From the NCBI RefSeq assembly GCF_009914755.1, contig NC_060929.1: a DNA stretch of 64,000 bases, one strand, 5' to 3'. The stretch comes from the human T2T-CHM13v2.0 reference genome, Homo sapiens. The notes beneath the pieces were generated by a model. That model searched no databases, was not told the DNA's origin, and saw nothing but the letters and a program-made list of their open reading frames with translations. The position numbers were made by a program, and so were the translations under genes. Numbering within the stretch: position 1 is the first letter of the stretch; each line of letters starts with the position of its first letter. Positions 41,527-61,264 of this stretch are shown piece by piece.

Positions 41527-44500
41527 CATTTTTTTCTTCCTGTCCCCTCCTACCCCAGTCCCTAAAAGAAATGGGGAAAAAAGAAAACAACAGCAAGTCA
41601 GAAAAAAAAAACAAGAGAGAGAAATTCATATTATTATTATTATTATAATACAATATTTTTTTTAAAAGACTGCTGCATCCTTAGGAAGGATCAGAAACCA
41701 TGCTGCCCGTAAGAGTCACAACCTGTGTGTGCGCGCAAGGTTAGCAACAAACGTACCCGCTTGGCAAGCCCACCCTTCCTGTGGCCTCTGTGCACGCACC
41801 TTCCAGTGAACAGAGACTCTTCACCTTCGACCCATCCATTGTCCCAGCTGGGAAGGGGACATTCCCACTAGTTCTCATTCATTCTTGCTTTTATGAAAAA
41901 TAAAAGTGAAAAACCTCCATCAACCAGCTACTTGCAGCATCTCCTGAGGACTTGCTTCTCCTGCCTCTGGGGAAGAGAGGGAAGAGAAAGCACAGAGCAG
42001 AGAAGCAGAGATGTTCCTTGAACTGCCCACAAGTTTTCAATAACTTTTATTTCTGTTTTGTAATGACCAAAGGAATGAGGCTGACATAGGTATATATATA
42101 TATTTTTTTCCTTTATTTGATAAAGAGCCAATTCTTTAAACCCATGAGTTTATGCCCTGGGCTCCTTAGCCCACAATAGTGTAATAAAAGTGCCCCGGGC
42201 TGGTTTGTGCTTATTTCTGCCATTGTCCCTCTCACGTTCCCAGAGAGGTCATTCTTTTTGGTCCAACTCTTGCTGTCCTTTCTTACCACCTGTGCACCCC
42301 ACTTGGAGCAGTGGGAGGAAATCTGGGTTTGTGGCCCCACAAAGGCTGTATATGTAAAGATACACCTATGTATGTGGTGGAACTCACCTTTACACACAAC
42401 TGCAGCTTTTCCTTGGAGTCTGTACCAGGTGGTGGTTATGGGGTCTGAACCAAAGGATAGCAGCTCTTCATTCCTCTTCTGACATGTGCATGCTGCTCCC
42501 CCCAGCCCTGGGCTTTCCTGAATTGCCAAGCCTGGTGCCTTTCCAAAGGACTAGCAGGGCCTGTGGTGGAGCCAGCAGAACCACAGGAGAGTGCCCTGCC
42601 TGTCTCAGTGGAAGTGTATTATTGTTTTAAGGATAGAACCAGAGGCCTTGAAGGGAGCCAAGACAGAACTCCCAGCCTGTGTAATCTATTGGAAGGCACA
42701 TTTTCATTTCTGATGCAGCCACCTTCTGGAGGCAGCTTTTATCCTTTCTCTCTATTGCTATGTTGAAGTAATAGGGTTTTTTTTAACCTCTGGATGTCTC
42801 GTCTGTGGTTGAGTTTATGGTAATGGGTACATGGGTCAGGCCATGTATTAACAGATGCCAGTGCGCTCTGACAAGTATTCCAAAGTGTTCCGTAGCTAGA
42901 CTGGTGCAGGCTCGTTGTACCACTGCAACCGACTGACGTTACTGTAGTTCCTAGAATGCTGTGAGGGCGGGGGGTTCAGATCAACATAAAGCCTAACTTG
43001 CTGGAGTTGTAGTCTCAAGGCTTTCTCTCTTGCTTAACTAAAACCTAAGGACCACTGTTTTTGGTAGCAATTATATGGTTACTATCCACTGCAGTCCTCA
43101 GTTGTTGGGGTAAATCCCACATGGCAGAGTAAGGCACCCCACAGAAATTAACTTGGAGAGCCTGAGAAATTCCCAGTGGCCTTGGCATAGCTGTCTAGAA
43201 CACCATCTCTAGGAAAATTTAATTCTGTCCCTGGCCAGCTATTGTTCTTCCACTTCGTTTTCTGCTGTCCCAAGGCCAGATGAGTGGAATCACCATCTGA
43301 CTGTTGTCAATAAAATGTATCTGGCGTGAACAGCAGGATAACCCATGTTCTCCACATAAGGATAACCTTACGTGAAACCTTCCTGCTGACAACCATGCAG
43401 AGGAATTTTTCCACTTAAGTCAGAGCCTTCCTCCCCATCTGGAATTCACAGCTGTTCCCTGGCAGCACACAGGAGGGTATTAAGGACCTTTGTGAGGCTA
43501 GGTACACTGTCCACACCTCTTTGGGGAAGTTACGATTTTTTTTTTCCATCATAATTCAGTCTCTTCTTATTCTACAGTGTGCACTTTATGCCTCTCGCCT
43601 TTTGATAATAGTTGTTCAGTGAAGGAAGTCAGCTGCCAGAATATTAAGAAGGGTCTCCCTTTATGTCAGTACAACTGTTAGGGCGGCCTTCCCATTTACT
43701 TTAGGTTTCAAGAGGATTCACCGGAAGCACATGCCCCGGTCTAGTCCCATTTGAAACAGTTCTGCTTTACTGAGACCCTAGGCCGGTCTCCTTGCTGACC
43801 CTAGCGCTGCTGCCTAGGTGCCATTTCCTTTCCTCCTCAGTCAAATACAGGCTGCACATTTTGTCACTTAATGCCAGTACAATCTGTGTTACTCCTAAGG
43901 ACTTTTGGGATTTTGATGAGACCTGCGAGGGAGAAGACACTGAGAAGCCAGTGATCTGCAAGCATTTGCTCTTGTTTCCACATCACCTCTGGGATATTTC
44001 AGCTGTTGTTTCCAAATGGCAAATCATCAACTAAAAGCACTTGTTTCAAGTTTTGTTCTGCACTCCCACGACTGAAGTTGTAGATTGAGCCGAATAACCA
44101 TGGGAAGTGACCAAGCAAAGACACTCGATTGGAGTCAGTTGAATATTTGTACCCTCAGTGGAGCCCTTCTGGTCTTTTCTTCCACTTCTGCAGAATTTCC
44201 TCTAGCAAATACTTCTTTCTCCTTGCTTGCCTCCACCATGATATTTGAATAAGAGATGGCCAGAGGATAACACTTGTCTCTTAAAAACTAAGCTAAAAAG
44301 AACCTAGAACCTTCAATTGAGCAGTTGTGAAAATTGCTAATGGTGCCAAGGCCAAGCAAAGAGTTTCAGAAAATGACTGAGAAGGAGCGATAACCCCCAG
44401 AATGCAAAATCAGGGGCATCATTATCCGGTGCTTGAACAAGGAGCTCCGCTCTACAACTGGTTTTTTTAGGACTTGTGAGGAACACAGCAACGGAAATCC

Positions 44501-44650
44501 ATCCACAAAGGATGCAGTGCCCCAACTTGTACTGCGCCTGAATAGTCATGTGATAATTTACTGAAGAAATCTAGTGTACTTTAAATTTTTTTCATAAAAG
44601 TTTACATTGTATTGTAGGTTAACATTAAATGTTTTATAGCAAAAACTTCA
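41527..44650 (+). other. FAF2: FAF2 3'UTR (~3.1 kb, repeat-free)
   Basis: Unique Alu-free sequence from the stop codon to a distal ATTAAA, followed by GU-rich sequence. The end coordinate is approximate. Confidence 0.8.
44624..44629 (+). terminator. FAF2 distal polyadenylation signal (ATTAAA)
   Basis: ATTAAA with upstream TGTA motifs and U-rich sequence, and downstream GU-rich tctttctgtgtg. Repeats resume shortly after. Confidence 0.7.
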
Positions 44651-45268
44651 TAACAGGCTGTGGATCTTTCTGTGTGGGACCGATGTGGTAGATAATTTTC
44701 TATGTGTGAAGGAGAGGTTGAAAAACACCGGGAGGGAACAGCATGGCATGGCATTGCCAAGAAGGAAGGGAGAGTCAAAGAGAAGGATGGAGTTAGGTCT
44801 TCTCTGTTGTATCCCTGTGGAAAAATAGCAACTTAGTATGATGGAGAGAGAGAGCAGACAGGCCTGGGTTCAAATTTGGGCTCTCTAGTTTGTCAGGTTT
44901 GCAACCTCGGGCAAATTCTCTAGCTTCCCTGAACTTGAATTTCCCCAACTATAAATGAAGATAATGCCATCCACCTCAGGATAGGTTTATAGATTCAATC
45001 AAGTAAATGTATATGAGGCTCCTGATATGTAGATGTCATTAAGTGTTTGTTCCCCTTCTATGGGAGTGTATTTTGTAAGAATATTTTCTTGGAATAACAT
45101 TTTCTTAAGGAATTTGTCACTTTTGTTGGAACCAACTTGTGTCCTTGCAAAGGAGTGTCTAGAAAAAGCCTCTTCTGATTTACAGATTCTGGATGGTTGG
45201 CATTCTCCTAGGTATTTTTGCTCATGTTTTTATTCTTTTTTTAAATTTATTTTTATTTATTTTTTTGA

Positions 45269-45373
<105 letters not shown>

Positions 45374-45596
45374 TGAATAGCTGGGACCACAGGCGACCGC
45401 CACCGCGCCCGGCTAATTTTTTGTATTTTTGGTAGAGGCGCGGTTTCACCGTGTTAGCCAGGATGGTCTTGATCTCCTGACCTCGTGATCCGCCTGCCTC
45501 GGCCTCCCAAAGTGCTGGGATTACAGGTGTGAGCCACCACGTCCGGCCTCATGTTTTTATTTTAATTTTTATTTTATTTTAATTTTTTTGAGATAG

Positions 45597-45776
<180 letters not shown>

Positions 45777-46487
45777 TAGCCAGAATGGTCTCAATCTCCT
45801 GACCTCGTGATCCTCCTGCCTCGGCCTCCCAACGTGCTGGGATTACAGGTGTAAGCCACAGTGCCCAGCCTTTTTTTTTTTTTTTGATACAGTCTTGCTC
45901 TGTTGCCCAGGCTGGAGTGCAGTGGTGTGGTCTCAGCTCACTGCAACCTCTGCCTCCCAGTTTCAAGCGATTCTACCATGCCTAGCTAATTTTGGTATTT
46001 TTAGTAGAGATGGGGTTTCACCATGTTGGCCAGGCTGACCTCGTGATCCGCCCGCCTCAGCCTCCCAAAGTGCTGGGATTACAGGCATGAGCCACCGCAC
46101 CCGGCCTCATGTTTTCATTTCTGAGAGGAAATATAAGCCTCAGTTTTCTGCCTTTGTCCTGTGCAGATACTCAGTTTTGTGGGTACAGATTCTTGGTACC
46201 TTCAGAGTTGTCCCCGTGTTACTAGCCAAAGATTTGGGGCCCTGATTTTTTTAATGTGCATTAAGTGTAAACTAGAACTCTATTGCTCAGTTTAATAAAG
46301 TGTGCAAGAGTTTAAGCTGAGAAGCCACTAAAAACATTTCACAATTGATTTTGAAACTTAAATATAAGCTGGGCATGGTGGTTAATGCCTGTAATCCTAG
46401 CACTTTGGGAGGCTGAGGTGGGCAGATCACCTGAGGTCAGGAGTTAGAGACCAGCCTAGCCAACATGGTGAAACCCCGTCTCTACTA

Positions 46488-47144
<657 letters not shown>

Positions 47145-47740
47145 TGATCTGCCTGCCTCGGCCTCCCAAAATGCTGGGATTACAGGTGTGAGCCACCGCG
47201 CCCGGCCAACATTTGGGTTTAAATCCTGGCTCTGGCCATGACTGTGGCCAAGTGACTGGCTTCAACTCCCTAGACCTACATCTCATCTGTAAAATAGGGT
47301 TGATTGTGGCATTGCTGTGAAGTTGAAATGAATTGCTGTTGCAGAACGCCTGGCACGTAGTAGGTGTTTGGAATACCTCCTGTTGCTGCTTACAAAACAG
47401 TTGTAGCTTACTACTGAAGATTTACCCTAGACGTGACTGAGTGCCTGGCATTTTTTTCTTCACACGTCTCTCTGGCGTGGCAGGCAGAGCTCCATGTGCA
47501 CTTTTATCCTGAGGGAGCCTCGGGCCCCCAGGGTCCCTCATGCCTGTGAGCTCGGCCACTGCACTGCTGAGCCCCTCCCAGTCTTCCTTCTGCCCTCCCC
47601 TGCCTGTCTGTCTTCACTAACAGAATGATGCCCCAAAACTCCCAGGTTTCTTCCCCTTTAACTAAAACCTGGTTTTCCCTTGAAGATGCCATTTCAAAAA
47701 ACCCTTAAGCAAAGGCCACTCATTTTCCCATGAATCTTGA

Positions 47741-48042
<302 letters not shown>

Positions 48043-49253
48043 TGAGCCACCATGCCCGGCCAGGATCTGTATTTCTTTTCTGCCACTTTGGTGCGTGGTC
48101 TTGAAGGACGGTGCTGAAGAGCATGCCATCTGCTTGGACTACTTTGTCCTGTTCTGCTTGCTACTAGCCATTCTCTAGAAGTTGGCAACTGATTTTTTTT
48201 CCTTTTTTATTTTTATGTTTATTGAAAGTCTTACTCAAAACAACAGGTATTTTTACCTCCACTGGCAACCTAGATGACTCCCACATCTGCATACATGGAT
48301 TCCCTGAAATTCCGGCTCTACTGTTTCTGATTTAAGTTGTGTTAAAGTGTGGTGCAGACTTCAGAGTCAAATCTAGATTTGAAATTGTTCCGCTGCTTGC
48401 TGACAATGATATTTGTTGACCTCGGAACCTGTTTGCTCACCCATAAATATTACAGTAGCACATCCTTGTAAAGTTGGGATGCTGTTTAAGTGAGCTGATG
48501 ACTGGAGTGCCTGGCATCGGGCACTGGGCTGCTTAGTCAGTGTTAGCTTGCTTTCCTCGCAGCCCTCTCCCAGCGGGGCCATGCCTCACTTGGAACTGCT
48601 TCGCCCTCGAGACCTCAGCACCAATCCCTCCGAACACAGCCTTTCTTTCTCTCTCCAGCCCCCACTGTCCCTGCTCCGTCCGCACAGCCATTCTGTCCCT
48701 CTGCAGTTGCCTCAGTTCTTCCGACTAGAAACTCCTTGCCTTCCTTCCCGTCTCCCTCATGAGCCAGTACTGACTGCCACAATTCCTCAAGTAAACTCAA
48801 CTGTTTGATTTCTCTCCCCCTACTCCTCAGGCTGGAGAACCCCAGCATACATCACAGCAAACTTGGGAGCCCTGAATGTGGGTGGCCATTCCTTGAATCC
48901 AGCTCTAGGACACTTCCTGTACCGCTGCCGCATAGGAACGGCTCCGGCATGTCCGCCTTTCTCAAATCCAAGCCCGCCTGCATCCTCACTCTAAGCTCAT
49001 TACTGTGAGAGCCCGCCTCCTGAGAAAAATTGACGTCACAGAACTTTATCTTCCTTTTTCACCTCAAAATTGTTTTGTGGGCTGTGTGCGGTGGCTCACG
49101 TCTGTAATCCCAGCACTTTGGGAAGCCAAGGTGGGAAGACTGCTTGAGCTCAGGAGTTTGACCAGCCTGGCCAACATGGCAAAACCCTGTCTCCATAAAA
49201 AATGGAAAAATTAGCTGACCATGGTGGCGTGTGCCTGTGGTACCAGCTACTCA

Positions 49254-49391
<138 letters not shown>

Positions 49392-49602
49392 TTACTTCCT
49401 CTTTCCCTTTTGTCTTGTGGATATATCTTTTTAATGAAACATACTTTACAAACAGTAAAATGCCCAAATTTTAAATCCACAGTTTGATAATTTTTTAACT
49501 ATGTATACACCAAAATCAAGATGCAGAATACCTCCATCGCCCCAGGCAAGTTCCTTTGGGAGCCTGCTCAGTCAATAGTGCCTTCAGAGATCATTCTTCT
49601 AA

Positions 49603-49830
<228 letters not shown>

Positions 49831-49933
49831 TAGTAGAGACGGGGTTTCACCATGTTAGCCAGGATGGTCTTGATCTCCTGACCTCGTGATCCACCCACCT
49901 TAGCCTCCCAAAGTGCTGGGATTACAGTTGTGA

Positions 49934-50329
<396 letters not shown>

Positions 50330-50332
50330 TAA

Positions 50333-50685
<353 letters not shown>

Positions 50686-50978
50686 TGATGTTTATATTCC
50701 TAGACTTTTCATTGCATATAAAAACTTTTCAAGCAGGACACACTGGCTCATGCCTGTAATCCCAATACTTTGGGAGGCTAAGGTGGGTGGATCACTTGAG
50801 GCCAGGAGTTTGAGACCAGTGTGGCCAACATGGCAAAACCCAGTCTCTACTAAAAAATACAAAAATTAGTGGGGCATGGTAGCACAGGCCTGTGATCCCA
50901 GCTACTCAAGAGGGTGAGGTGGGAGGATCACTTTAGCCCAGCAGCCAGAGGTTGCAATGAGCCAAGATTACACTCTAG

Positions 50979-51425
<447 letters not shown>

Positions 51426-53016
51426 TGATGAAAATTATCTTGTGACATGCTAAACTTTTTTTCTCTTTTCTAAAATAGCAAATTGATAAACATCCCCACA
51501 CCTGAATGTGAACATCCATGCTAGTTTCCTCAGGAGAAAAAAATAACAATCCTAGAATTGCTTAGTCAAAAAGGGATACAATTTTTTCTTCTTTTTAATG
51601 TTTGTGTTATCTCCAAATTGTAGTCCAGAAAAGTCATTTCTCTTCCTGCCAGCGGTGTACGAGTGTGTGCTCAGCCTCCCACCTGTCACCATGTTCAGAA
51701 CCTTCACCAGCAATCATCCCCTTCTAAACCACTTGGATCTCTTTATCTTCTCTCTCAAACTGTTTGGAGTCCCCTCCCTTACAAAACCTCAATCCCAGTT
51801 TACCCACAAGTTGCTGCCAGGATCGTTTACACAACCAGCCTCCACTTCCTCCTTAGCCTCCTGTAATTGAACTTTCACCTTCACTGACCATCTCTTATGG
51901 TCACCTGTGACCTCCTAATTACCATCTTCATTGGCTTCTTACGAAACTTTCTTGAATGTAAAAGTTCCCCAGCTGGTACCTGACACAGAGTAAGTCCCCT
52001 TGTCTCTGTTCCCACAAGTTTGAGGTCAGATTGTGTGAACTAGGTTAAGGAAATCACACTTTGCCCCAAGGGCCATTGAAGGGCTTTATCAGACATGGGT
52101 TATAGGTAATTCTGTCACCATGGGGATTAGAAGGGAGCTGTGTAAGTCTGTTTTCATTCCTATAAAGAAATACCTGGCCGGGCGCAGTGGCTTATGCCTG
52201 TAATCCCAGCACTTTGGGAGGCCGAGGTGAGTGGATCACGAGGTCAAGAGTTCAAGACCAGCCTGGCCAAGATGGTGAAACCCAGTCTCTACTAAAAATA
52301 CAAAAATTAGCCAGGTATGGTGGTGGGCGCCTGTAATCCCAGCTATTCGGGAGGCTGAGGCAGAGAATCGCTTGAACCTGGGAGGCGGAGGTTGCAGTGA
52401 GCCAAGATTGTGCCACTGCACTCCAGCCTGGGCGACAGAGTGACACTCCATCTCAAAAAAAAAAAGACAAGGGCAGAGCTTTATTAAAAAGTTGTAGACA
52501 AGCCAGATGTGGTGGCTCACACCTGTAATCCTAGTGCTTTGGTAGGCTGAGGTGGGAGGATCACTTGAGCCCAGGCGTTCGAGACAAGCCTGGGCAACGT
52601 GGTGATACCCCATCTCTACAGATTTTTTTTTTTTTTAATTAGCCAAGTAAGGCCAGGCATGGTGGCTCATGCCTGTAATCCCAGCACTTTGGGAGGCTGA
52701 GGCAGGCAGATCACCTGAGGTCGGGAGATCGAGACCAGCCTGATCAACATAGAGAAACCCCATCTCTACTAAAAATACAAAGTTAGCCTGGCGTGGTGGT
52801 GCATGCCTGTAATTCCAGCTACTCGGGAGGCTGAGTCAGGAAGTAGAATCGCTTGAACCCAGGAGGCGGAGGTTGCGGTGAGTCAAGATCACGCCATTGC
52901 ACTCCAGCCTGGGCAACAAGAGTGTAACTCCACCTCAAAAATAATAATAATAATAATAAAAAAATCAGCCAGGTATGGTGGCTTGTTCCTATACTACCAG
53001 CTACTTGGAGGGCTGA

Positions 53017-53367
<351 letters not shown>

Positions 53368-53436
53368 TGAGCACCACTGCACTCCAGCCTGGTCAACAGA
53401 GCAAGACCCTGTCTCTGAAAAGAAAAAAGAGGGCTA

Positions 53437-53565
<129 letters not shown>

Positions 53566-54325
53566 TTAGATGGGTGTGGTGGCACATGCCTGTAATCCTA
53601 GCTACTCAGGAGGCTGAGGCAGGAGAATCGCTTGAACCAGAAGGCGGAGGTTGCAGTGTGCCGAGATTGTGCCACTGCACTCCAGCTTGGGTGACAGAGT
53701 GAGACTCTGTCTCAAAAAAAAAAAAAAAAGAGAAAAGAAAGAGAATTGCAGAAAAGTATAAAGAAAAAATAGCCATTATTCCCACCATCCAAAATGATTA
53801 ACATTAATATTTTGGCATATTTGCATCCAGCTTTTTTTTTATTTTTTTATTTTTTGAGACAGAGTCTCACTCTGTCACCCAGGCTGGAGTGCAGCGGTGC
53901 TATCTCGGCTCACCTGCAACCTCTGCCTCCCGAGTTCAAGCGATTCTCCTGCCTCAGCCTCCCGAGTAGCTAGGATTACAGGTGCCCGCACCACGCCTGG
54001 CTAATTTTTGTATTTTTAGTAGAGATGAGGTTTCACCATGTTGGCCAGGCTCGCCTTGAACTTCTGACATCAGGTGATTCGCCTGCCTCGGCCTCCCAAA
54101 GTGCTGGGATCACAGGAGTGAGCCACCGTGCCCAGCCAGCTTCCAGCTTTTTTCATGGATATACTTTGGTTAAAATAACAGAAAATATGGGCTGGACTCG
54201 GTTGCTCACGCCTGTAATCCCAGCACTTTGGGAGGCCGAGGCAGGTGGATCACCTGAGGTCAGAAGTGCAAGACTAGCCTGGCCAACATGGTGAAACTCC
54301 GTCTCTACTAAAAATATAAAAATTA

Positions 54326-54529
<204 letters not shown>

Positions 54530-55395
54530 TCAGCAGATGTGGCTAACATCTAGCCAAGCTGGACTTTGGCACTTGCCCCTGGGCAGGCCTGCCAGCATGC
54601 TGGGCACTGATCAGCCATGAGTCTTCAATATGAGGGTCTCTCCAGGGTGCCCTCTCTCCAGAGCCTTCATCTCAGGTAGAAACATCAGCAGAGGCCCATG
54701 GATGTGAACCAGCTTGTCTGATCTGCAGTGAGGAGGGGTGTAAGGAGTCATCATTATGCAAAAAAGAATAATCGGAAACGGGAAAGGTAACAGGTCATTT
54801 CACTATGCTGGGGCACTGGAAAGAGAGGGCAGGGCCTGTATAAGGGCACCTGGGCCCAGGGGTGGAGTCAGCTCCGCACAGACTTTCTCTCCCAGCGGGG
54901 CACTCACTTGCTCGCTTACTCAGTCACCTATTCAGGAGATACTCTCTGATGCCCGTCGTGTCCATTCCCTCTTGCTAGGTCTGGGAACATGGCAAACATG
55001 ATGGCCTTTGGTCTAGTGAGTGCAGGCAGTCAGCGGGATCCATCCTGACAGGTGAGATGCACAGAGAAGAGCCACCTGCAGGTGTGCACTGGAGCCCAGG
55101 GTGGAAGCACGGCTGCTCGGGATTGAGGGAGGGGTCAGGGCAATTCGCTTGAGGAGAGGACATTTGCGCTGGGCTCTGGGAAAGGAGCATGCTTGCCAGG
55201 AGGACGAGACACATTAAGGCATTTGAGGCAAAGCAGGTGATAAAAGGGCAAAAGGGTGCAGGGGCAGATGACCTGGGTCTCAATCCCAGCTCTGCTGTTT
55301 GTTGGTTCTGTGACCTTGGGGAAGTCATCTTCCTTCTCTGAGCCTCTGTTTCTTCAATGGGAACTAGAAGGAAGGTAATAACAGTTTTACTGTCA

Positions 55396-55554
<159 letters not shown>

Positions 55555-56957
55555 CTAAAAAGGAAAGAAGGAAAAAGAAAAAGAAAGCAGAAGGGTCCCG
55601 CAGGGGTGAGGTGGCAGCATGGCAGGACAAAGAGTGTGAGTGGCCCTGGGCAGAGGGAGCACACGCCCTGCATGCTGGAACGGGCACTGGGGCACCACAA
55701 GGGTTGGAGCATGGCTGGAAGGGAGGAGAGAGGTGGGAACTGACAAAGTGTGACTAGATTAGGATACTGCTTCTTCCATCACCTCCATCCCTCCCGCGGG
55801 GAGGCTGGAGAAGACGGGAGAGGAGGGAGAGCCCAGCTTGCAAACTCACCGCTTTGAGAGCCTGCACCTTCCTCTGAAGTGGCAAAGGAGATTTAAATTC
55901 AGGGCTGGATTCAGTCTGACTTCAGTCTCCTCATTCAATAAAGGAAAAACGTATTCTGTTGCTGACGGCCCCCCAAAGATACCTCCTGGGCCAGAGGCCT
56001 TCGGCTTCCTATTGAGGCAGGGCAGTGGCAGTGACGATGGTGGTGGCGGGAAGGGAGGGCACACCTGGAGCTTGCAGGAGGCAGGAGGGATAGGCTGAAG
56101 AGGGGGCCTCCGAGGTGCAGAGGCCAACCAAGCCAGGGGACCTCCAAGCAGGCTTTCCAAAAGTGGGTTCTCTGACTTGGGGAATGCAGGAATGGGGACT
56201 ACAGAACTACCTGATACTCCCATTTTCTAGCTGGGCCTAGACCCAGGCTGTTCTAAGCCTCGTTTTCTCCAAATAGAAACAGAATATAATAAACACCTCA
56301 ACTCTGGATGCCGAGATGCAAATGAAATGCTAGGGTTTGTGAGGCCCTGGGACCTGGCCCCTCTGCCACCTCACCGGCTCCCAGCTCCCGCTCAAGCACC
56401 GCCCTTCCTCTGCCTTGCTCATTCTGTGTCCTGTGTGGAATGCTCGTCTCCTGACTGGCTCCTTCCCACCACTCAGGCCTCACTCATCTCAAGGTTGCTT
56501 CCTCTGAAAGGCCACTCCTGTGTCAGGGTCCACAGACCCTCTGTGGCTTGTTACTTTTCCTTCACGGCCCTTGTTATGCTCTGAAATAATTGCTGACTTC
56601 CATATTGTCCCACCGTCCTTTGGGAGGGCCAGTTTCCTGGAGACAGCAGCTCCATCTTGTCCACTGGGGTAGTCCTGATACCCAGGACAGTGCCCGGCTT
56701 GGGCAGAAGCACTTGGCCAGTTCTGCTGAATGAATGGTTTGGCACAAATGACCTTTTTAAAATTTTGAAATAATTTAAGATTCATAGGACATGGCGAAAA
56801 CATTACAGAAGAGACCTGTGTGCCCTTAGTTTCCCTCAAATGGCAGCATCTTGTTTAAAACCAGAAAATTGGCATTGCTACAATTTACAGATTTTACTAG
56901 TTTTACATGCACCCATTTGTGTGTGTGTGTGTGGTGTGTGTGCATGTAGTTCTGTAA

Positions 56958-57194
<237 letters not shown>

Positions 57195-58003
57195 TGAGTA
57201 GCTGGGATTACAGGCATGTGCCACCACGCCCGGCCTTCATTTTTGTATTTTTAGTAGAGACAGGGTTTCATCATGTTGGCCAGGCTGGTCTTGGACCCCT
57301 GACTCAAATGATGCCCCTGCCTCGGCCTCCCGAAGTGCTGGGATTACAGGCGTGAGTCACCATGCCCGGCCAATAGTCACTATTTTTTATTTTAGTTCCT
57401 TTTAATAGGTGTGTAAAAAAATACCTCATTGTGGCTTAATTTACATTTCTCTAATGGCTAAAGGTGTGGAACATATTTTTGTGAGTACATGAAATATCTC
57501 TTTAGTAAAATGTATGTTGATCTTTTGGGTTTTTGAGAGTTTCTTTTTTCAGCTTTCTCAGGTTGAAATTGAGAGTTTTTTACATATCTGAGATGTGAGT
57601 TATTTGTCAGATATGTGGCTTGCAAATTAAAAGTTTTAATCTTGATAAAGTCCAGTTGTAGATTTTTCCTTGATGGATTGTTTTTGGTGTCATGTCTAAG
57701 ACCTTTTCACCTAGTCCTAGATTTTCACCTGTTTTCTTCTGGAAGTCTTCTAGCTTTATGTTTTGCCTTTACATCTATGACCCATTTTAAGTTAATTTTT
57801 GTGTAAGTTGTGGGGTTCATTTGTTGAAAAGAATATCCTTCATTGAATGTTTAAAAATCAGTTGGCTATACTTGTGTGGGTGTATTCCTGGGTTCTTAAT
57901 TCTGTTCCATTGATGTATTTCTCTATCCTCTGCAAATACCACATTGTCTTGACTAATACAGCGATGACAGTAAGTCTTAAAATCAGGTACAGTTGATCTT
58001 CCC

Positions 58004-58130
58004 ACTTTTTTCTCCTCCTCCTCCTCCTTCTTCTTCCTCCTCCTCCCCCTCCTCCTCCTCCCCTCCCCCTCCCCCCTCCTCCCCTCCTCCTCTTCTTTTC
58101 TTCTTCTTCTTCTTCTTTTTTTTTTTTTTG
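58004..58130. repeat. Pure polypyrimidine (CCT/CTT)n tract merging into an antisense Alu tail
   Basis: About 125 nt composed only of C and T. Confidence 0.95.
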
Positions 58131-58296
58131 AGACAGGGTCTGCCTCTGTCACCAAGGCTGGAGTGCAGTGGCATGATCTTGGCTCACTGCAACCTCCACC
58201 ACCTGGGCTCAAGTGATTCTCCTGCCTCAGCCTTCCAAGTAGCTGGGAGTACAGACATGTGCCACCACGCCCGGCTAATTTTTGTTTTGTTTGTAG

Positions 58297-58771
<475 letters not shown>

Positions 58772-58851
58772 TAGAATAAGCACAAGCATGTCTGTATCTT
58801 TTTTTTCTTGTAGAGACAGTGTCTTGTTTGAGACCAGCCAGGCTGGCCTTA

Positions 58852-59169
<318 letters not shown>

Positions 59170-59172
59170 TCA

Positions 59173-59713
<541 letters not shown>

Positions 59714-60316
59714 TCACTTGAACCCGGGTGGCGGAGGTTGCAGTGAGCTGAGATCGCGCCATTGCCCTACAGCCTGGGCGACAGAGCGAGAGTCCATCTC
59801 AAACAAACAAGAACAACAACAACAAACCAAAGTGTTGGCATTACAGGCTCGAGCCACGGTGCCCAGCCTAGGCATGTCTGCATCTTAAAAAACAAACAAC
59901 CACCCTTGCTGAGATTTTGATAGAAATTGCATTAAACCTACAGATTGATCTGCGAAGAAATGCCACCTTTACTATGTTGAATATTCCAATCCAAGTACAC
60001 GGTTTGTTTCCATTTATGTAGGTCTGATTTCTTTCATTACAGTTTTGTAGTTTTCAGCATGCAAGTCTTGCACGTTTTGTTAGATTTAGTCCTAAGTATT
60101 TCATTTTTCTTTGAGCCATTAGAAATGTTATCATTGTGTTTTAAGCTGGGCGCGGTGGCTCACGCAGGTAATCCCAGCACTTTGGAAGGCTGAGGCAGGC
60201 AGATCACTTAAGTTCAGGAGTTCAAGACTAGCCTGGGAAACAACATGAGACCCCGTCTCTACAAAAAAATACAAAAACTTAGCAGGCCATGGTGGCACAC
60301 GCCTCAGGTGATGCTA

Positions 60317-60959
<643 letters not shown>

Positions 60960-61264
60960 TAGCCAGAACGGTCTCAATCTCCTGACCTCATGATCCGCCC
61001 ACCTCAGCCTCCCAAAGTGCTGGGATTACAGGCATGAGCCACCGGCTGGGATTACATGCATGAGCCACTACGCCCGGCCTAATTTTTCTGTGTTTTTAGT
61101 AGAGAAGGGGTTTCACCATGTTGGGCAGGCTGGTATCGAACACCTCACCTTAAGTGATCCACCAGCCTCGGCCTCCCAAAGTGCTGGGATTACAGGTGTT
61201 AAGCCTCATCCCCATCCCACCTCCCACCAAAAAGACACGGGCAGCCAAAGGCAGCGTGGGCGGT

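Noticed and set aside
54890-54905. CTCF-like CCCAGCGGGGGCAC
   Set aside because: The 5' half aligns poorly to the CTCF core consensus, so the match is insufficient without ChIP data.
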